From: an uncultured Geobacteraceae bacterium
Lineage (GTDB): Bacteria; Desulfobacterota; Desulfuromonadia; Desulfuromonadales; BM103
DNA length: 64,000 nucleotides
NCBI GenBank assembly: GCA_964638305.1
Contig: CAZXBD010000202.1
Location: 14,565-78,564, forward strand
Direction of reading: 5' to 3'
Both the position numbers and the translations under genes were made by a program. Under the pieces are notes generated by a model. It was not told the origin of the DNA, made no database searches, and saw only the letters and a list, made by a program, of their open reading frames with translations. This document shows, in pieces, positions 1-10,801 of this stretch. Positions within the stretch are counted from its first letter, which is position 1; every line of letters starts with the position of its first letter.

Positions 1-2
1 GC

Positions 3-479
3 GATGGCGCCTCCATCGCCCTGATCAATGCCGGTGGCATTACCGACGAACGCATCCAGGGGCTGGTCCTGATGGCCCCACACGTTTTAGTCGAAGAACT
101 CACCCTGGCCAGTATCCGTGAAGCCAAAGTCGCATACCAAAGTACCGACCTGCGTTCACGACTGGCCCGCTATCATGGAGACAAGGTTGACAACACTTTT
201 CTCGGCTGGACTCAAGCCTGGCTGGATGAAGACTTTGAGAGCTGGAACATTGAAGAGTTCCTGCCGAAGATAGAAATTCCCACACTGTTGCTTCAAGGAG
301 AGCTGGACAACTACGGAACACTCATGCAACTGGAAAAAATCAATAAACACCTGCCGGGCGGAGCAGACACTTTCATTCTTCCTGACTGTGGACACTCGCC
401 TTTTCGTGAATATCCAAGCGAGACATTGCATGCGATTACTGACTTTCTGGAAAAACATCACATTTTACAGCCGGTGTAA
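3..479 (+). CDS. alpha/beta hydrolase, 5' end truncated by the window edge
   Basis: The frame is open from base 3 (DGASIALINAG, the tail of a GHSDG nucleophile elbow). It contains LLLQGELD and CGHSPF, which carry the acid and His of the catalytic triad. Confidence 0.85.
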   Translation, partial: DGASIALINAGGITDERIQGLVLMAPHVLVEELTLASIREAKVAYQSTDLRSRLARYHGDKVDNTFLGWTQAWLDEDFESWNIEEFLPKIEIPTLLLQGELDNYGTLMQLEKINKHLPGGADTFILPDCGHSPFREYPSETLHAITDFLEKHHILQPV

Positions 480-641
480 GACCTCGACAAAAATGCATGA
501 GGAGATGAATCAACACACAAGAGGGCTCCGCGAGCATGAAGCTGGCCCCTAAACGTGGCATCTTTTCATTGTAACTCGTTGGACCTGCCTTCTCGGGTGC
601 TGAGTCGTTCTTCCTGAGAATGCACGTGCCATTACCCTGAA

Positions 642-659
642 TGTAAACAAGCGTAGACA
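642..659. promoter_or_regulatory. candidate enhancer-binding-protein upstream activating site
   Basis: TGTAAAC-AAGC-GTAGACA is an imperfect TGT-N12-ACA palindrome about 105 bp upstream of the sigma54 promoter. Confidence 0.4.
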
Positions 660-764
660 AAGAACATAGCCAAACGTCACCATCATACTCACTATCAAGC
701 ATAGAACTCAGCATAAAGTCAGTGACTATGCCTCTTGCCGTGGATTCAGCAGATTCTATTTTCA

Positions 765-780
765 TGGCACGGCGCTTGCT
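765..780 (+). promoter_or_regulatory. sigma54 (-24/-12) promoter of icmF
   Basis: TGGCAC-GGCGC-TTGCT matches the TGGCAC-N5-TTGCW consensus. Confidence 0.85.
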
Positions 781-863
781 AAATAGCTAGGGTTATAACA
801 GCGTTCGAATCATCATATGCGACACATCGAGTATAAGCCTGTCATGCCATGAGGAGGTACAAG

Positions 864-3800
864 ATGGAAAGCTCTGTCTACCAACCGACTAACCCGATCC
901 GTTTCGTTACTGCCACAAGCCTCTATGATGGCCACGACGTTTCGATCAATATCATGCGTCGGATCATACAGGATTCAGGAGCAGAGGTTATTCACCTCGG
1001 TCACAATCGCTCTGTCAGTGAGATCGTTGACGTTGCGATTCAAGAAGACGCCCAAGGGATTGCCGTCAGTTCCTACCAGGGTGGTCATATGGAATATTTC
1101 AAGTTCATGCACGACCTGCTGCACGAAAAAGGCGCAGACCATGTGAAAATCTTCGGCGGTGGGGGCGGAGTCATTCTGCCTGAAGAGATCAAGGAACTTG
1201 AAGACTACGGTATCTGTAAAATTTTTTCCCCCGAAGACGGCCGCCGCATGGGGCTGCAGGGGATGATTAACTACAAGCTTGAGCAGTGCGACTTCCCACC
1301 GCCCAATCGACTCGATCGCGATTTGAAGCTGCTACCCGAGCGCAATCCGCAGGCGGTGGCTCGCTTGATTACCGCTGCCGAACAACTGGTCAAGCAACCG
1401 GATGAGCAGTTGCAATTGGCGCAGCAGCAGGTTCGCGAACTGGCTAGGCAAGTGCCGGTCCTCGGCATCACCGGCACCGGCGGCGCAGGCAAGAGTTCTT
1501 TGACCGATGAACTGGTACGTCGCTTCCTGCGTGATTTCGATGACAAAACCGTAGCGATTCTCTCCGTCGACCCGACGCGCAGAAGGACCGGCGGGGCCCT
1601 CCTCGGCGACCGCATCCGGATGAATGCCATCGATACGCCAAGGGTGTTCATGCGTTCTCTGGCAACCCGCGACTCACGCAGTGAGCTGTCGAAGGCAATC
1701 CGCGAAGCGCTTGACGTTCTCAAGGCGGCCGCATACGACCTGATTATCGTCGAAACCAGCGGCATTGGCCAGGGTAACGCCGGCATCGTTGAGATCTGCG
1801 ACCTGTCACTCTACGTCATGACCAGCGAGTTCGGCGCTCCGACCCAGTTGGAGAAGATCGACATGCTCGATTTCGCCGACCTGGTTGCGCTGAACAAGAT
1901 GGAGAAGCGCGGTGCCGAAGACGCCCTGCGCAATGTTCGCAAGCAGTACCGGCGCAATCACCACTTGTTCGACGATGATGACAAAGACGTTCCAGTATAC
2001 GGCACCATCGCCAGCCAGTTCAACGACGTTGGCGTCAACCGGCTCTACTGTGCACTGATCGACAAACTCGACGACAAGTGTGAACTCGGCTGGCAATCTC
2101 ACCTGGTGGCCGGAGAAGGTCAAAGTATCGCCCAACAGATCATCCCTCCGGAGCAGGTCAGCTACCTGGCCGAGATTACCCACACAGCCAGGGCTTATCG
2201 CAAGCGTGTACAGGAACAGACCGAGATTGGACGGCAATTCTATCAATTGTCTGGCGCCCAAGCATTGTTGGCTGAGAAGTGCGCCTGTCAGGTCGAGGAA
2301 CTCGAGACCCTGAAGAATCAGTCCGAAAAGGCTCTTAGCGAGGAAAATCGCAAATTATTGCAAAAGTGGCCGGAGCTGAAGAAGGCTTACCGAGAAGAGG
2401 TCATGATCACCAAGGTGCGCGACAAGGAAATTCGCACCGAGTTAACCACAACCACTCTCTCCGGAACGCGCATCCCCAAGGTCTGTCTTCCTGACTTTGC
2501 AGACTACGGTGAGATTATCCGCTGGTGCATGAAGGAGAATGCCCCTGGCTTTTTCCCTTACACGGCCGGGCTCTTTCCCTTCAAGCGGACCGCTGAAGAC
2601 CCGAAGCGCCAATTCGCCGGCGAAGGGACTCCGGAGCGGACCAATCGCCGCTTCCACTACCTGACCAAAGACGACGATGCCAAACGTCTTTCGACCGCCT
2701 TTGACAGCGTGACCCTTTACGGTGAAGACCCGGATGAACGTCCCGATATTTACGGCAAGGTAGGCATGAGCGGTGTGTCGATCTGCACCCAGAACGACAT
2801 GGACAAGCTCTTTGCCGGCTTCGACCTCTGCGACCCGATGACCTCCGTTTCGCTGACGATCAACGGCCCGGCGCCGATGCTGCTGGCCATGTTCATGAAC
2901 ACCGCCGTCCGTCAGCAGTTGGAGCTGTTTCGCAATGAACACGATCGCGAACCGACAGAAGAAGAACGGGCCGAGATTCAGAGCTGCACCCTGCAGACCG
3001 TGCGCGGCACGGTGCAGGCTGACATCCTTAAGGAGGACCAGGGGCAGAATACCTGTATCTTCACTACCGAGTTCGCCCTGCGCATGATGGGCGACATCCA
3101 GCAATATTTTATAGATCAGAAGATCCGCAACTATTATTCCGTTTCGATCAGCGGCTACCACATTGCCGAAGCAGGCGCCAACCCGATCAGCCAACTGGCC
3201 TTTACCCTCTCCAACGGCTTCACTTTCGTTGAATACTATTTGTCACGTGGTATGCATATCGATGACTTTGCCGGCAACCTGTCGTTTTTCTTCAGCAATG
3301 GCCTTGACCCGGAATACACAGTTATCGGCCGAGTGGCACGACGAATCTGGTCAGTAGTCATGCGCGACCGTTACGGAGCCAACAAGAAGAGCCAGATGCT
3401 CAAATACCACATCCAAACCTCAGGCCGCTCGCTGCATGCCCAGGAGATGAATTTCAATGATATCCGCACGACCCTGCAGGCACTGATGGCCGTCTATGAC
3501 AACTGCAACTCCCTTCACACCAATGCCTATGACGAGGCGATCACAACCCCGACAGAGGAATCGGTACGCCGGGCAATGGCGATCCAGATGATCATCAACA
3601 AGGAACTTGGCCTGGTCAAGAATGAGAACTCGATGCAGGGGTCTTTCATTATCGAAGAACTGACCGACCTTGTCGAAGAGGCGGTTCTGGACCAGTTCGA
3701 GAAAATCAGTCAGCGTGGCGGCGTGCTCGGAGCGATGGAGACCCTCTACCAACGGACCAAGGTCCAGGAAGAATCGATGCTCTATGAACACCAGAAACAC

Positions 3801-4109
3801 ACCGGCGAGCTGCCGATCATCGGCGTCAATACCTACCTGAACCCTAGAAACGAAGCAGAAGGTTACGAAATCCCTGGCGAGCTGGCCCGTTCAACCGATG
3901 AGGAGAAGCGCCACCAACTCGACAATTTGCGCGCCTTCCAGGCAGAACATGCCGCAGCAGCACCCGAGGCCCTCAAACGCATGCAACAAGCCGCCGAAAG
4001 TGGCGGCAACATCTTCGCCGAGCTGATGGAGGCGGTCAAAGTCGCCTCACTCGGGCAGATCAGTGCTGCGTTGTATGAGGTCGGTGGACAATATCGCCGC
4101 AATATGTAA
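864..4109 (+). CDS. icmF: fused isobutyryl-CoA mutase / MeaB-type GTPase (AdoCbl-dependent)
   Basis: N-terminal B12-binding domain (DGHDVSINI), P-loop GTGGAGKSS, and a mutase barrel ([29 protein letters not shown]). RBS GAGGAGG precedes the ATG at 864. Confidence 0.95.
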   Translation: MESSVYQPTNPIRFVTATSLYDGHDVSINIMRRIIQDSGAEVIHLGHNRSVSEIVDVAIQEDAQGIAVSSYQGGHMEYFKFMHDLLHEKGADHVKIFGGGGGVILPEEIKELEDYGICKIFSPEDGRRMGLQGMINYKLEQCDFPPPNRLDRDLKLLPERNPQAVARLITAAEQLVKQPDEQLQLAQQQVRELARQVPVLGITGTGGAGKSSLTDELVRRFLRDFDDKTVAILSVDPTRRRTGGALLGDRIRMNAIDTPRVFMRSLATRDSRSELSKAIREALDVLKAAAYDLIIVETSGIGQGNAGIVEICDLSLYVMTSEFGAPTQLEKIDMLDFADLVALNKMEKRGAEDALRNVRKQYRRNHHLFDDDDKDVPVYGTIASQFNDVGVNRLYCALIDKLDDKCELGWQSHLVAGEGQSIAQQIIPPEQVSYLAEITHTARAYRKRVQEQTEIGRQFYQLSGAQALLAEKCACQVEELETLKNQSEKALSEENRKLLQKWPELKKAYREEVMITKVRDKEIRTELTTTTLSGTRIPKVCLPDFADYGEIIRWCMKENAPGFFPYTAGLFPFKRTAEDPKRQFAGEGTPERTNRRFHYLTKDDDAKRLSTAFDSVTLYGEDPDERPDIYGKVGMSGVSICTQNDMDKLFAGFDLCDPMTSVSLTINGPAPMLLAMFMNTAVRQQLELFRNEHDREPTEEERAEIQSCTLQTVRGTVQADILKEDQGQNTCIFTTEFALRMMGDIQQYFIDQKIRNYYSVSISGYHIAEAGANPISQLAFTLSNGFTFVEYYLSRGMHIDDFAGNLSFFFSNGLDPEYTVIGRVARRIWSVVMRDRYGANKKSQMLKYHIQTSGRSLHAQEMNFNDIRTTLQALMAVYDNCNSLHTNAYDEAITTPTEESVRRAMAIQMIINKELGLVKNENSMQGSFIIEELTDLVEEAVLDQFEKISQRGGVLGAMETLYQRTKVQEESMLYEHQKHTGELPIIGVNTYLNPRNEAEGYEIPGELARSTDEEKRHQLDNLRAFQAEHAAAAPEALKRMQQAAESGGNIFAELMEAVKVASLGQISAALYEVGGQYRRNM

Positions 4110-4231
4110 GGGCTGATGAAAAATCACCCTCTGCGTTGCTGCATTGGTCCGCATCGCTGCGGAGTAGCTGCCGCTACGTCTCACTCCTTGCCCTGCGTGC
4201 GCCTAGCATCCGGAGGTTTTTGATCCGCCCT
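4109..4231. repeat. about 120-bp palindromic repeat element (REP/MITE-like) of the Geobacter/Pelobacter type
   Basis: The ends AGGGCTGATGAAAAA and TTTTTGATCCGCCCT form a 13/15 inverted match, and there is a central GTAGC-TGCC-GCTAC hairpin. Confidence 0.65.
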
Positions 4232-4319
4232 GGGAAAGGGTAGGAGCGCCCCATGAGTGCCATGGAGGCGACGGCTTTTCAAAGAAACTCTCTATCCCAA
4301 CTGAACTGAGGAGATTCTG

Positions 4320-5069
4320 ATGTTTGATGTCGAGCGCAAAGGTGACATCGAGATATTGCGCATGCAGTACGGACCAGCCAACGCCATGGACTTGAACTTT
4401 TGTTTTGAATTGACCAAAAAAATTCAGCAACTGGCGGAATCTTCTTCCGGCGCGATGGTGTTGACCGGGCAGGGGAAGATTTTTTCTGCCGGGGTTGACC
4501 TTCCGCAACTGTTAGAGGGGGGAGTTGAATATGTTCATCTGTTCCTCTATGCACTTGATGAAATGCTGAAAACCCTCTTCTTCTGCCCTAAGCCGGTCGT
4601 CGCGGCGGTCAATGGTCACGCGATCGCCGGCGGCTGCCTGATGGCCTGTGGCGCAGATCGGCGCTTGATGGTCGCTGGCAAGGCACGGATCGGGGTCCCC
4701 GAATTACGCGTCGGGGTACCCTTTCCGACTGTTGTGCTGGAAATCATGCGCGCCAGAACCGGTTCGCCCTTCTTTGAAGAGGTTGTGCTCGGAGGCGCGA
4801 CCTATGTCGCACTGGACGCGCTGAACAAAGGTTTGATCGATGGCATTGTCGAACCGGAACAGCTGCTGACCGAGGCGATCACAGTGGCTGAATCCTTAGC
4901 CGCGATTCGACCTGAACTATACGCTCTGTCCAAGCAGCAGGCTCGCCAGCCAACGCGTGAGGCGATCGATTCGCGCACCGGGCTGGATGAGGCTGAAATT
5001 GTTGCTCTCTGGGAATCGGCAGAGACTCGAGCCGCCGTTCAAGCGTTTGTGGATCGTACGCTCAAATAA
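4320..5069 (+). CDS. enoyl-CoA hydratase/isomerase (crotonase) family protein
   Basis: Motifs FSAGVDL, KPVVAAVNGHAIAGG and GVPELRVG. RBS GAGGAG. Confidence 0.92.
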   Translation: MFDVERKGDIEILRMQYGPANAMDLNFCFELTKKIQQLAESSSGAMVLTGQGKIFSAGVDLPQLLEGGVEYVHLFLYALDEMLKTLFFCPKPVVAAVNGHAIAGGCLMACGADRRLMVAGKARIGVPELRVGVPFPTVVLEIMRARTGSPFFEEVVLGGATYVALDALNKGLIDGIVEPEQLLTEAITVAESLAAIRPELYALSKQQARQPTREAIDSRTGLDEAEIVALWESAETRAAVQAFVDRTLK

Positions 5070-5245
5070 TAGCCGTGTTTTGTTATTCAATGGAGACATG
5101 AACTGTCTTTGAACGGAGAAGAAGCTAGAGTTTTCGTTTCCTGCGACCTTCCGTTATCACCTAAAAAACTTCCTACTTGACGACTCCTTAAATTTTAGGC
5201 AGTTTATTACGACTTTTGCCTAGTGGTTGAATGTAAGGAGATAAC

Positions 5246-5824
5246 ATGTCCGTTGAATACAAAATTGGCGAAAAATTGCGTCAGTTGCGCGAGTCCAAGG
5301 AAATGACGATTGAACAACTGGCCGAGCAGAGTCAATGTCACGCTGAGCAGATCCGGCAGATTGAGGAGGGTGCACTGGTCCCATCACTCACCCCACTGAT
5401 GGAGATTTCACGTGCTTTGGGCGTGCGCCTCGGCACCCTGCTGGATGATGATCCGATCGAAGGGCCGGTCATTTTCAAATCGACTGAATCGCCCAACGTG
5501 CTTCGGTTCTCAGGCAAAGACCCCAAAGCAGCCAGCAGCAACCTCGATTTCTACTCCATGGGAGCCGGCAAGCGGGATCGACACATGGAACCCTTCATGA
5601 TTGATGTCAAACCGCGCAACGGAGAAGCGCCACCACTGTCCGCCCATGAAGGTGAAGAATTCATCTACGTTCTCTCCGGTGCCATCCAGATCAACTACGG
5701 CAAAAACACTTATGAGTTGGAAACAGGAGAGAGTATCTACTACGACTCGATCGTACCCCACGATGTCCACGCCAAGGGCAGTGGAAACGCGCGCATCCTG
5801 GCGGTTGTTTACGCACCAAGCTAA
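5246..5824 (+). CDS. XRE-family HTH transcriptional regulator with C-terminal cupin
   Basis: N-terminal HTH ([10 protein letters not shown]...QIEEG..PSL) and cupin motifs [12 protein letters not shown] and YDSIVPH. Confidence 0.92.
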   Translation: MSVEYKIGEKLRQLRESKEMTIEQLAEQSQCHAEQIRQIEEGALVPSLTPLMEISRALGVRLGTLLDDDPIEGPVIFKSTESPNVLRFSGKDPKAASSNLDFYSMGAGKRDRHMEPFMIDVKPRNGEAPPLSAHEGEEFIYVLSGAIQINYGKNTYELETGESIYYDSIVPHDVHAKGSGNARILAVVYAPS

Positions 5825-5838
5825 CCGGAGTTATCGCA

Positions 5839-7518
5839 ATGCCCTATACAGATAAAACCATTGGTGCGTTTCTGGAGGAACAGGTCAAGAACCTGCCGGA
5901 TCATGAATTCATTGTCTACCCCGACCGTGATCTGCGTTTCACCTTCCGCCAGTTCAACGAACGCGTTAACCAGCTAGCCAAGGGGCTGCTATCGATCGGC
6001 ATCAGTAAAGGCGACAATGTCGGTATATGGGCGACCAACGTACCTGACTGGACGACCTTCATGTTTGCCACCGCCAAGATCGGCGCGGTGCTGGTCACCA
6101 TCAACACTCATTACCGCAGCTTCGAACTCGAGTATCTGATCAAGCAGGCCGATCTCAAGGCACTGGCACTGATTGACAGCTTCCGCGACCATGACTACCT
6201 GCAGACTATCAACCAACTGATCCCGGAGCTCACCAGCAGCCAGCGGGGCCAGTTGAGAAGCGAGAAGTTCCCGGAACTGCGCAACGTCATTTTCATCGGT
6301 CAGGAAAAACATCGCGGCATGTACAATACACGCGAGTTGATGCTGCTCGGCGATCAATTTGACAACAGCGAACTCGATAGCATAAAAGAAGCCCTTTGTC
6401 AGCATGACGTCATCAACATGCAGTACACTTCCGGAACGACCGGTTTCCCCAAGGGAGTTATGCTCAGCCACTACAACATTCTTAACAACGGCTACTTCAT
6501 TGGCGAGCGACAGAAATTCACAGAAAAGGACCGGCTCTGTCTGCCGGTGCCACTCTTTCACTGCTTCGGCTGCGTACTCGGGGTCATGGCGGCGCTAACC
6601 CACGGTACGACCTTGGTACCTCTGGAACTATTTGATCCGCTACTGGTGCTGGCGGCAGTGCAGAAAGAAAAGTGCACCGCGGTCTATGGTGTGCCGACTA
6701 TGTTCATAGCAGAGCTGTCACACCCGATGTTCGATATGTTCGATCTCAGCTCCCTGCGCACCGGCATCATGGCCGGCTCCCCCTGCCCGGAAGAGACGAT
6801 GCGGCAGGTGATGGAAAAGATGCACTGCACAGACATCACTATCGCATACGGCCTGACCGAGGCCTCACCGGTCATCACCCAGACTCGCACCGACGATTCG
6901 GTCGCCCAACGCACCGGCACCGTCGGTGCCGCTCTGCCGGAGATCGAGGTCAAGATCATTGATCCAGAGACCAGTAAGGAAGTCGCCTTAGGCGAACGTG
7001 GCGAACTCTGCTGCCGCGGCTACAGCGTCATGAAGGGCTATTACAACATGCCTGAGCAGACATCCGCTGCGGTCGATGCCGACGAATGGCTGCATTCAGG
7101 AGACCAGGCCGAAGTCGACGGAGATGGCTATTATAAGATCACCGGCCGAATCAAGGACATGATCATTCGCGGAGGAGAGAACATCTACCCTCGTGAGATA
7201 GAGGAATTCCTCTACACCATGAACGGCGTTCTCGATGTGCAGGTGGTCGGTCTCCCGGACCAAAAGTACGGCGAGGTGGTCGGTGCCTTCATCATCCGCA
7301 AAGAAGGCGCGGATATCACCGAAGAGGATGTTATAGATTTCACCCGCAGCCGTATTGCACCCTACAAAAAGCCAAAGTATGTTATTTTTATAGATTCCTA
7401 CCCGATGACTGCGAGCGGCAAAATCCAGAAGTACAAGCTGCGCGAGATCGCCTGTGATAAGCTCAACATCACGGGGTCTGTATTCTCTGAGGAATCACTA
7501 GAGGAACCGGTGAGCTAA
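5839..7518 (+). CDS. AMP-forming acyl-CoA synthetase
   Basis: Motifs [33 protein letters not shown] and TASGKIQK. Confidence 0.95.
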   Translation: MPYTDKTIGAFLEEQVKNLPDHEFIVYPDRDLRFTFRQFNERVNQLAKGLLSIGISKGDNVGIWATNVPDWTTFMFATAKIGAVLVTINTHYRSFELEYLIKQADLKALALIDSFRDHDYLQTINQLIPELTSSQRGQLRSEKFPELRNVIFIGQEKHRGMYNTRELMLLGDQFDNSELDSIKEALCQHDVINMQYTSGTTGFPKGVMLSHYNILNNGYFIGERQKFTEKDRLCLPVPLFHCFGCVLGVMAALTHGTTLVPLELFDPLLVLAAVQKEKCTAVYGVPTMFIAELSHPMFDMFDLSSLRTGIMAGSPCPEETMRQVMEKMHCTDITIAYGLTEASPVITQTRTDDSVAQRTGTVGAALPEIEVKIIDPETSKEVALGERGELCCRGYSVMKGYYNMPEQTSAAVDADEWLHSGDQAEVDGDGYYKITGRIKDMIIRGGENIYPREIEEFLYTMNGVLDVQVVGLPDQKYGEVVGAFIIRKEGADITEEDVIDFTRSRIAPYKKPKYVIFIDSYPMTASGKIQKYKLREIACDKLNITGSVFSEESLEEPVS

Positions 7519-7692
7519 CAAACTTCAGTGGCTATCTGAGCAAATCATGAAATGCTACGATTTCTACCATGATCCTTCAAAGCGGCCCATCTGACGTGGA
7601 AGCGTTCGTCGGAGACGATAAATGGCATTTAAGAGCGTCAGAACGTCACGGCAAATCTACATTTTCAACAATTTATTATTAGGATGTAAACA

Positions 7693-8286
7693 ATGCAGAA
7701 AGAATCTCCACAGATGATACAGATTCGATGGCACGGTCGTGGTGGTCAAGGTGCAATCACAGCAGCCAAGGTCGTTGCTGAAGCTGCCTTCAAGAGTGGC
7801 TACGCTGGTGTCGCAATGGCGCCGACCTTCGGCACAGAAAGGCGTGGCGCTCCAGTCTGCACATCGTTAAAAATTGCCAAAAGGAAAATCTACGATCTGT
7901 CGCCGATCGTATCACCAGACATCGTCGTGGTCCTTGATTATCTGATTCTCAACGAAGTCGATGTAACTGCCGGCCTAAAGCCAGGTGGTCTTCTGGTTAT
8001 CAACAGTCCCCACCCAGTAGAAAAACATAAATACCCCAATTATCGTGTAGCCGTTGCTAATGTCACGAAGTTGGGGATAGAGGCTGGACTCCGCAAAGGT
8101 ATTGTTAACAGTGGCATTATAGGTGTTCTTTCCAAGGCCTCCGGGCTGGTAAACATTGACCTGCTGACGAATTGCATCACCAAAGAGTTCTACAATCGCA
8201 GACCTGAAGAAAATGCCAAGTCTGCCCATTTGGCCTTCGAATCAACGCAGATGCAGGGAACGAAAACAGGAGGAGCAGATGCCTGA
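7693..8286 (+). CDS. 2-oxoacid:ferredoxin oxidoreductase gamma subunit
   Basis: Motifs HGRGGQG and FGTERRGAP. Confidence 0.92.
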   Translation: MQKESPQMIQIRWHGRGGQGAITAAKVVAEAAFKSGYAGVAMAPTFGTERRGAPVCTSLKIAKRKIYDLSPIVSPDIVVVLDYLILNEVDVTAGLKPGGLLVINSPHPVEKHKYPNYRVAVANVTKLGIEAGLRKGIVNSGIIGVLSKASGLVNIDLLTNCITKEFYNRRPEENAKSAHLAFESTQMQGTKTGGADA

Positions 8287-8590
8287 TCCACGCTTTAAGA
8301 TATTGACATCAGCAAGCACATCCGGTCCCGGCGACGCCGGTCGCACAGGCTCATGGAGAGTTGAGCGACCGATCATCGACTACAGCAAATGCACTCCGTC
8401 CAAAACCGGCAGGCATACATGCCATCTTTGTTGGCTCTACTGTCCTGACAGCACTGTCAGCAAAGATCTTGAACCTCAGATAGATCTCGAGTACTGCAAG
8501 GGCTGCTCAATCTGTGCAGAAGAATGTCCTACGGGCGCGATTAGTATGGTTTCTGAGGAAGAGTTCACTGGAGGAGACAAGGATGAATAA
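8279..8590 (+). CDS. 2-oxoacid:ferredoxin oxidoreductase delta subunit (2x 4Fe-4S)
   Basis: Motifs TGSWRVERP, CHLCWLYCPD and YCKGCSICAEECP. RBS AGGAGG, and it overlaps the gamma stop. Confidence 0.9.
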   Translation: MPDPRFKILTSASTSGPGDAGRTGSWRVERPIIDYSKCTPSKTGRHTCHLCWLYCPDSTVSKDLEPQIDLEYCKGCSICAEECPTGAISMVSEEEFTGGDKDE

Positions 8591-9794
8591 CAGCTTTATT
8601 GAATCGGGCAATGTTGCCGCAGCTCTGGCTGTCAAGCTCGCATGTGCAGAAGTCATAGCCGCCTACCCGATCACGCCACAAACGCCGGTCACTGAGAAAC
8701 TTTCTGAAATGATCACGCTTGGTGAAATGGATGCTGAATATATTGCCGTTGAGAGCGAACACAGTGCTCTGGGTGTCTGTATCGGAGCAGCGAGTGCCGG
8801 AGCACGATCTTTTACTGCGACCTCTTCGAACGGGCTGCTTTATATGAGTGAACAGCTACATTGGGCAGCAGGCGCCCGGCTGCCGATGGTCATGTGCGTT
8901 GTCAACCGTGGCGTTGGTGCTCCCTGGTCAGTCTGGAACGATCATCAGGATGCAATCAGCCAACGTGATGCAGGCTGGATCCAGGTCTTTGCCAAGGACC
9001 ATCAGGAAATTGTCGACATGACTATCAAGGCCTTCCGGTTAGCTGAGCTGGTCCATATCCCGGTAATGGTCAATTATGACGGTTATTACCTCTCACACAC
9101 CTACATGCCTTTCGAACTGCCAAATGCTGAGGATGTCAAAGCTTTTTTACCCGACTATGAATACAAGCACACCCTGAATCCCGAGCGTCCCGAGAGCCTG
9201 AACACTGTCACCTTGCCTGATGCGCGCGTTGACATTAATGGTGTTAAGCGGCCCGGCTACATGGAGATCCGTAAGAACCTGCATGATGAAATGCGCCTCG
9301 CCATGGATGTCTGGGAAGAAATCGATGCTGATTATCACAAGAGCTTTGGCCGCGGCGGCAACCCAATCTGTGATCCATATTGCTGCGATGACGCCGAATT
9401 CATAGTTGTCGCTATGGGGACCCTAGCAAACCAGTTCCATGATGTCGTCGATCAGCTTAGGGAGGAAGGTTACAAGGTTGGCGTTCTGGCTTTACAAATG
9501 TACCGTCCTTTCCCTACCAGCCATATCGCCAAAATTCTACAACCGGCCAAAAGCGTTCTGGTCTTTGAAAAAGGTTTAAGTTACGGCAACCAGGGAGCGC
9601 TTTATGCAGACCTCAAATCGGCCCTCTACCCGTACCCGGCAAGACCGACGCTACATAATTTCATCACCGGCCTAGGCGGCCGTGAAATCCGCACAGAAAA
9701 CCTTTATCAGTCGGTGAAAGATATTTGCCTGAATGAAGAGACGTTAAAGCCTGAACAAATAGATACTCCACAATGGATTGGACTACAGTTATGA
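8583..9794 (+). CDS. 2-oxoacid:ferredoxin oxidoreductase alpha subunit
   Basis: Motifs AAYPITPQT, ESEHSA, TATSSNGL and GLGGR. RBS GGAGGAG. Confidence 0.93.
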   Translation: MNNSFIESGNVAAALAVKLACAEVIAAYPITPQTPVTEKLSEMITLGEMDAEYIAVESEHSALGVCIGAASAGARSFTATSSNGLLYMSEQLHWAAGARLPMVMCVVNRGVGAPWSVWNDHQDAISQRDAGWIQVFAKDHQEIVDMTIKAFRLAELVHIPVMVNYDGYYLSHTYMPFELPNAEDVKAFLPDYEYKHTLNPERPESLNTVTLPDARVDINGVKRPGYMEIRKNLHDEMRLAMDVWEEIDADYHKSFGRGGNPICDPYCCDDAEFIVVAMGTLANQFHDVVDQLREEGYKVGVLALQMYRPFPTSHIAKILQPAKSVLVFEKGLSYGNQGALYADLKSALYPYPARPTLHNFITGLGGREIRTENLYQSVKDICLNEETLKPEQIDTPQWIGLQL

Positions 9795-10702
9795 GCACAA
9801 CAGCAAAAACAAACGTCATCAACCTGACCGAAGAAGAGTTTGTGCACCCTGGAAACCGGGCTTGCACTGGATGCGGTCTAAGCATCCTCTACCGCATCGG
9901 CATGAAGGCACTCGGTCGCGACTGTATTTTCGTCGTCCCCCCCAGCTGCTTGACAGTATTGCAGGGACTTTATCCGATTTCTGCTACCCAGATGCCTGTT
10001 CTTAACTGCACTTTCGCCTCGACCGCAGCCATTGCCACCGGTGTTCGAGCCGCCATGAAGAGACGCGGCAAGAAGACCCAGGTGGTTGCCTGGGCAGGTG
10101 ATGGCGGCACTGCGGACATCGGCATCCAGGCTTTATCTGGAGCTCTTGAGCGCAATGAAGATATCATCTACATCTGCTACGACAATGAAGCCTACATGAA
10201 CACGGGGGTCCAGAGGTCTGGGACAACCCCCCGTAGAGGCTTGACGACGACAACCCCATACTCCGGCAAAAAGGAAAACAGCAAGAATGTACCGGAGATT
10301 GTCGCCGCTCACAATCCTGCCTACATTGCAACATGTTCTGCCAGCTATCCACTTGATTTCCACGACAAACTGCTCAAGGCCAAAGAGATCCGTGGGCTGA
10401 AATACATCCACATTCAGACGCCTTGCCCTCCTGGATGGGGCATTGAAGAGCACAAAACCGTGGCAATCGGCCGCATGGCAGTTGAATCTGGTCTTTTTGA
10501 CCTTTATGAAATAGAAAACGGCAAGAAACAGCTAACAGGACAGTCATCAAAGCAATTGAAAAAGAAATCGTTGCGACCGGTCAGTGACTATGTAAACCTC
10601 CAGACCCGCTACAATGCTTATGATGAAGAGCACGTTATCGCTTTACAGGCCACGATTGACCGAAAGTGGGAGAAATACAGAAAAGAATTTCCACAAGAGT
10701 GA
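9791..10702 (+). CDS. 2-oxoacid:ferredoxin oxidoreductase beta subunit (TPP-binding)
   Basis: Motifs ACTGCG, GDGGTADIG, DNEAYMNTG and PCPPGW. ATGA overlap with alpha. Confidence 0.93.
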   Translation: MSTTAKTNVINLTEEEFVHPGNRACTGCGLSILYRIGMKALGRDCIFVVPPSCLTVLQGLYPISATQMPVLNCTFASTAAIATGVRAAMKRRGKKTQVVAWAGDGGTADIGIQALSGALERNEDIIYICYDNEAYMNTGVQRSGTTPRRGLTTTTPYSGKKENSKNVPEIVAAHNPAYIATCSASYPLDFHDKLLKAKEIRGLKYIHIQTPCPPGWGIEEHKTVAIGRMAVESGLFDLYEIENGKKQLTGQSSKQLKKKSLRPVSDYVNLQTRYNAYDEEHVIALQATIDRKWEKYRKEFPQE

Positions 10703-10730
10703 AACTAGATATCACGAAAGTTATCTTTTA

Positions 10731-10770
10731 CTAAAAAAACAGGAGCTTTTATGGGCTCCTGTTTTTTTAG
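10731..10770. terminator. bidirectional intrinsic terminator
   Basis: CTAAAAAAACAGGAGC-N8-GCTCCTGTTTTTTTAG lies between convergent genes. Confidence 0.85.
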
Positions 10771-10801
10771 TATTCATCTACCATGAGGTGTCATTAATCG
10801 T

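Noticed and set aside
480-860. Possible cobalamin riboswitch upstream of B12-dependent icmF
   Set aside because: I could not find a B12 box or the GGGAA/GCCACTG core. The region is better explained by a sigma54 promoter and activator sites.
2442-3194. 250-aa minus-strand ORF and many similar antisense ORFs (for example 5989-6561, 44644-45162, 59454-60188)
   Set aside because: They are shadows of well-supported genes caused by codon bias, with no motifs or RBS of their own.
7623-7638. TGGCAT upstream of the OFOR genes as a sigma54 promoter
   Set aside because: There is no TTGC at the -12 position.
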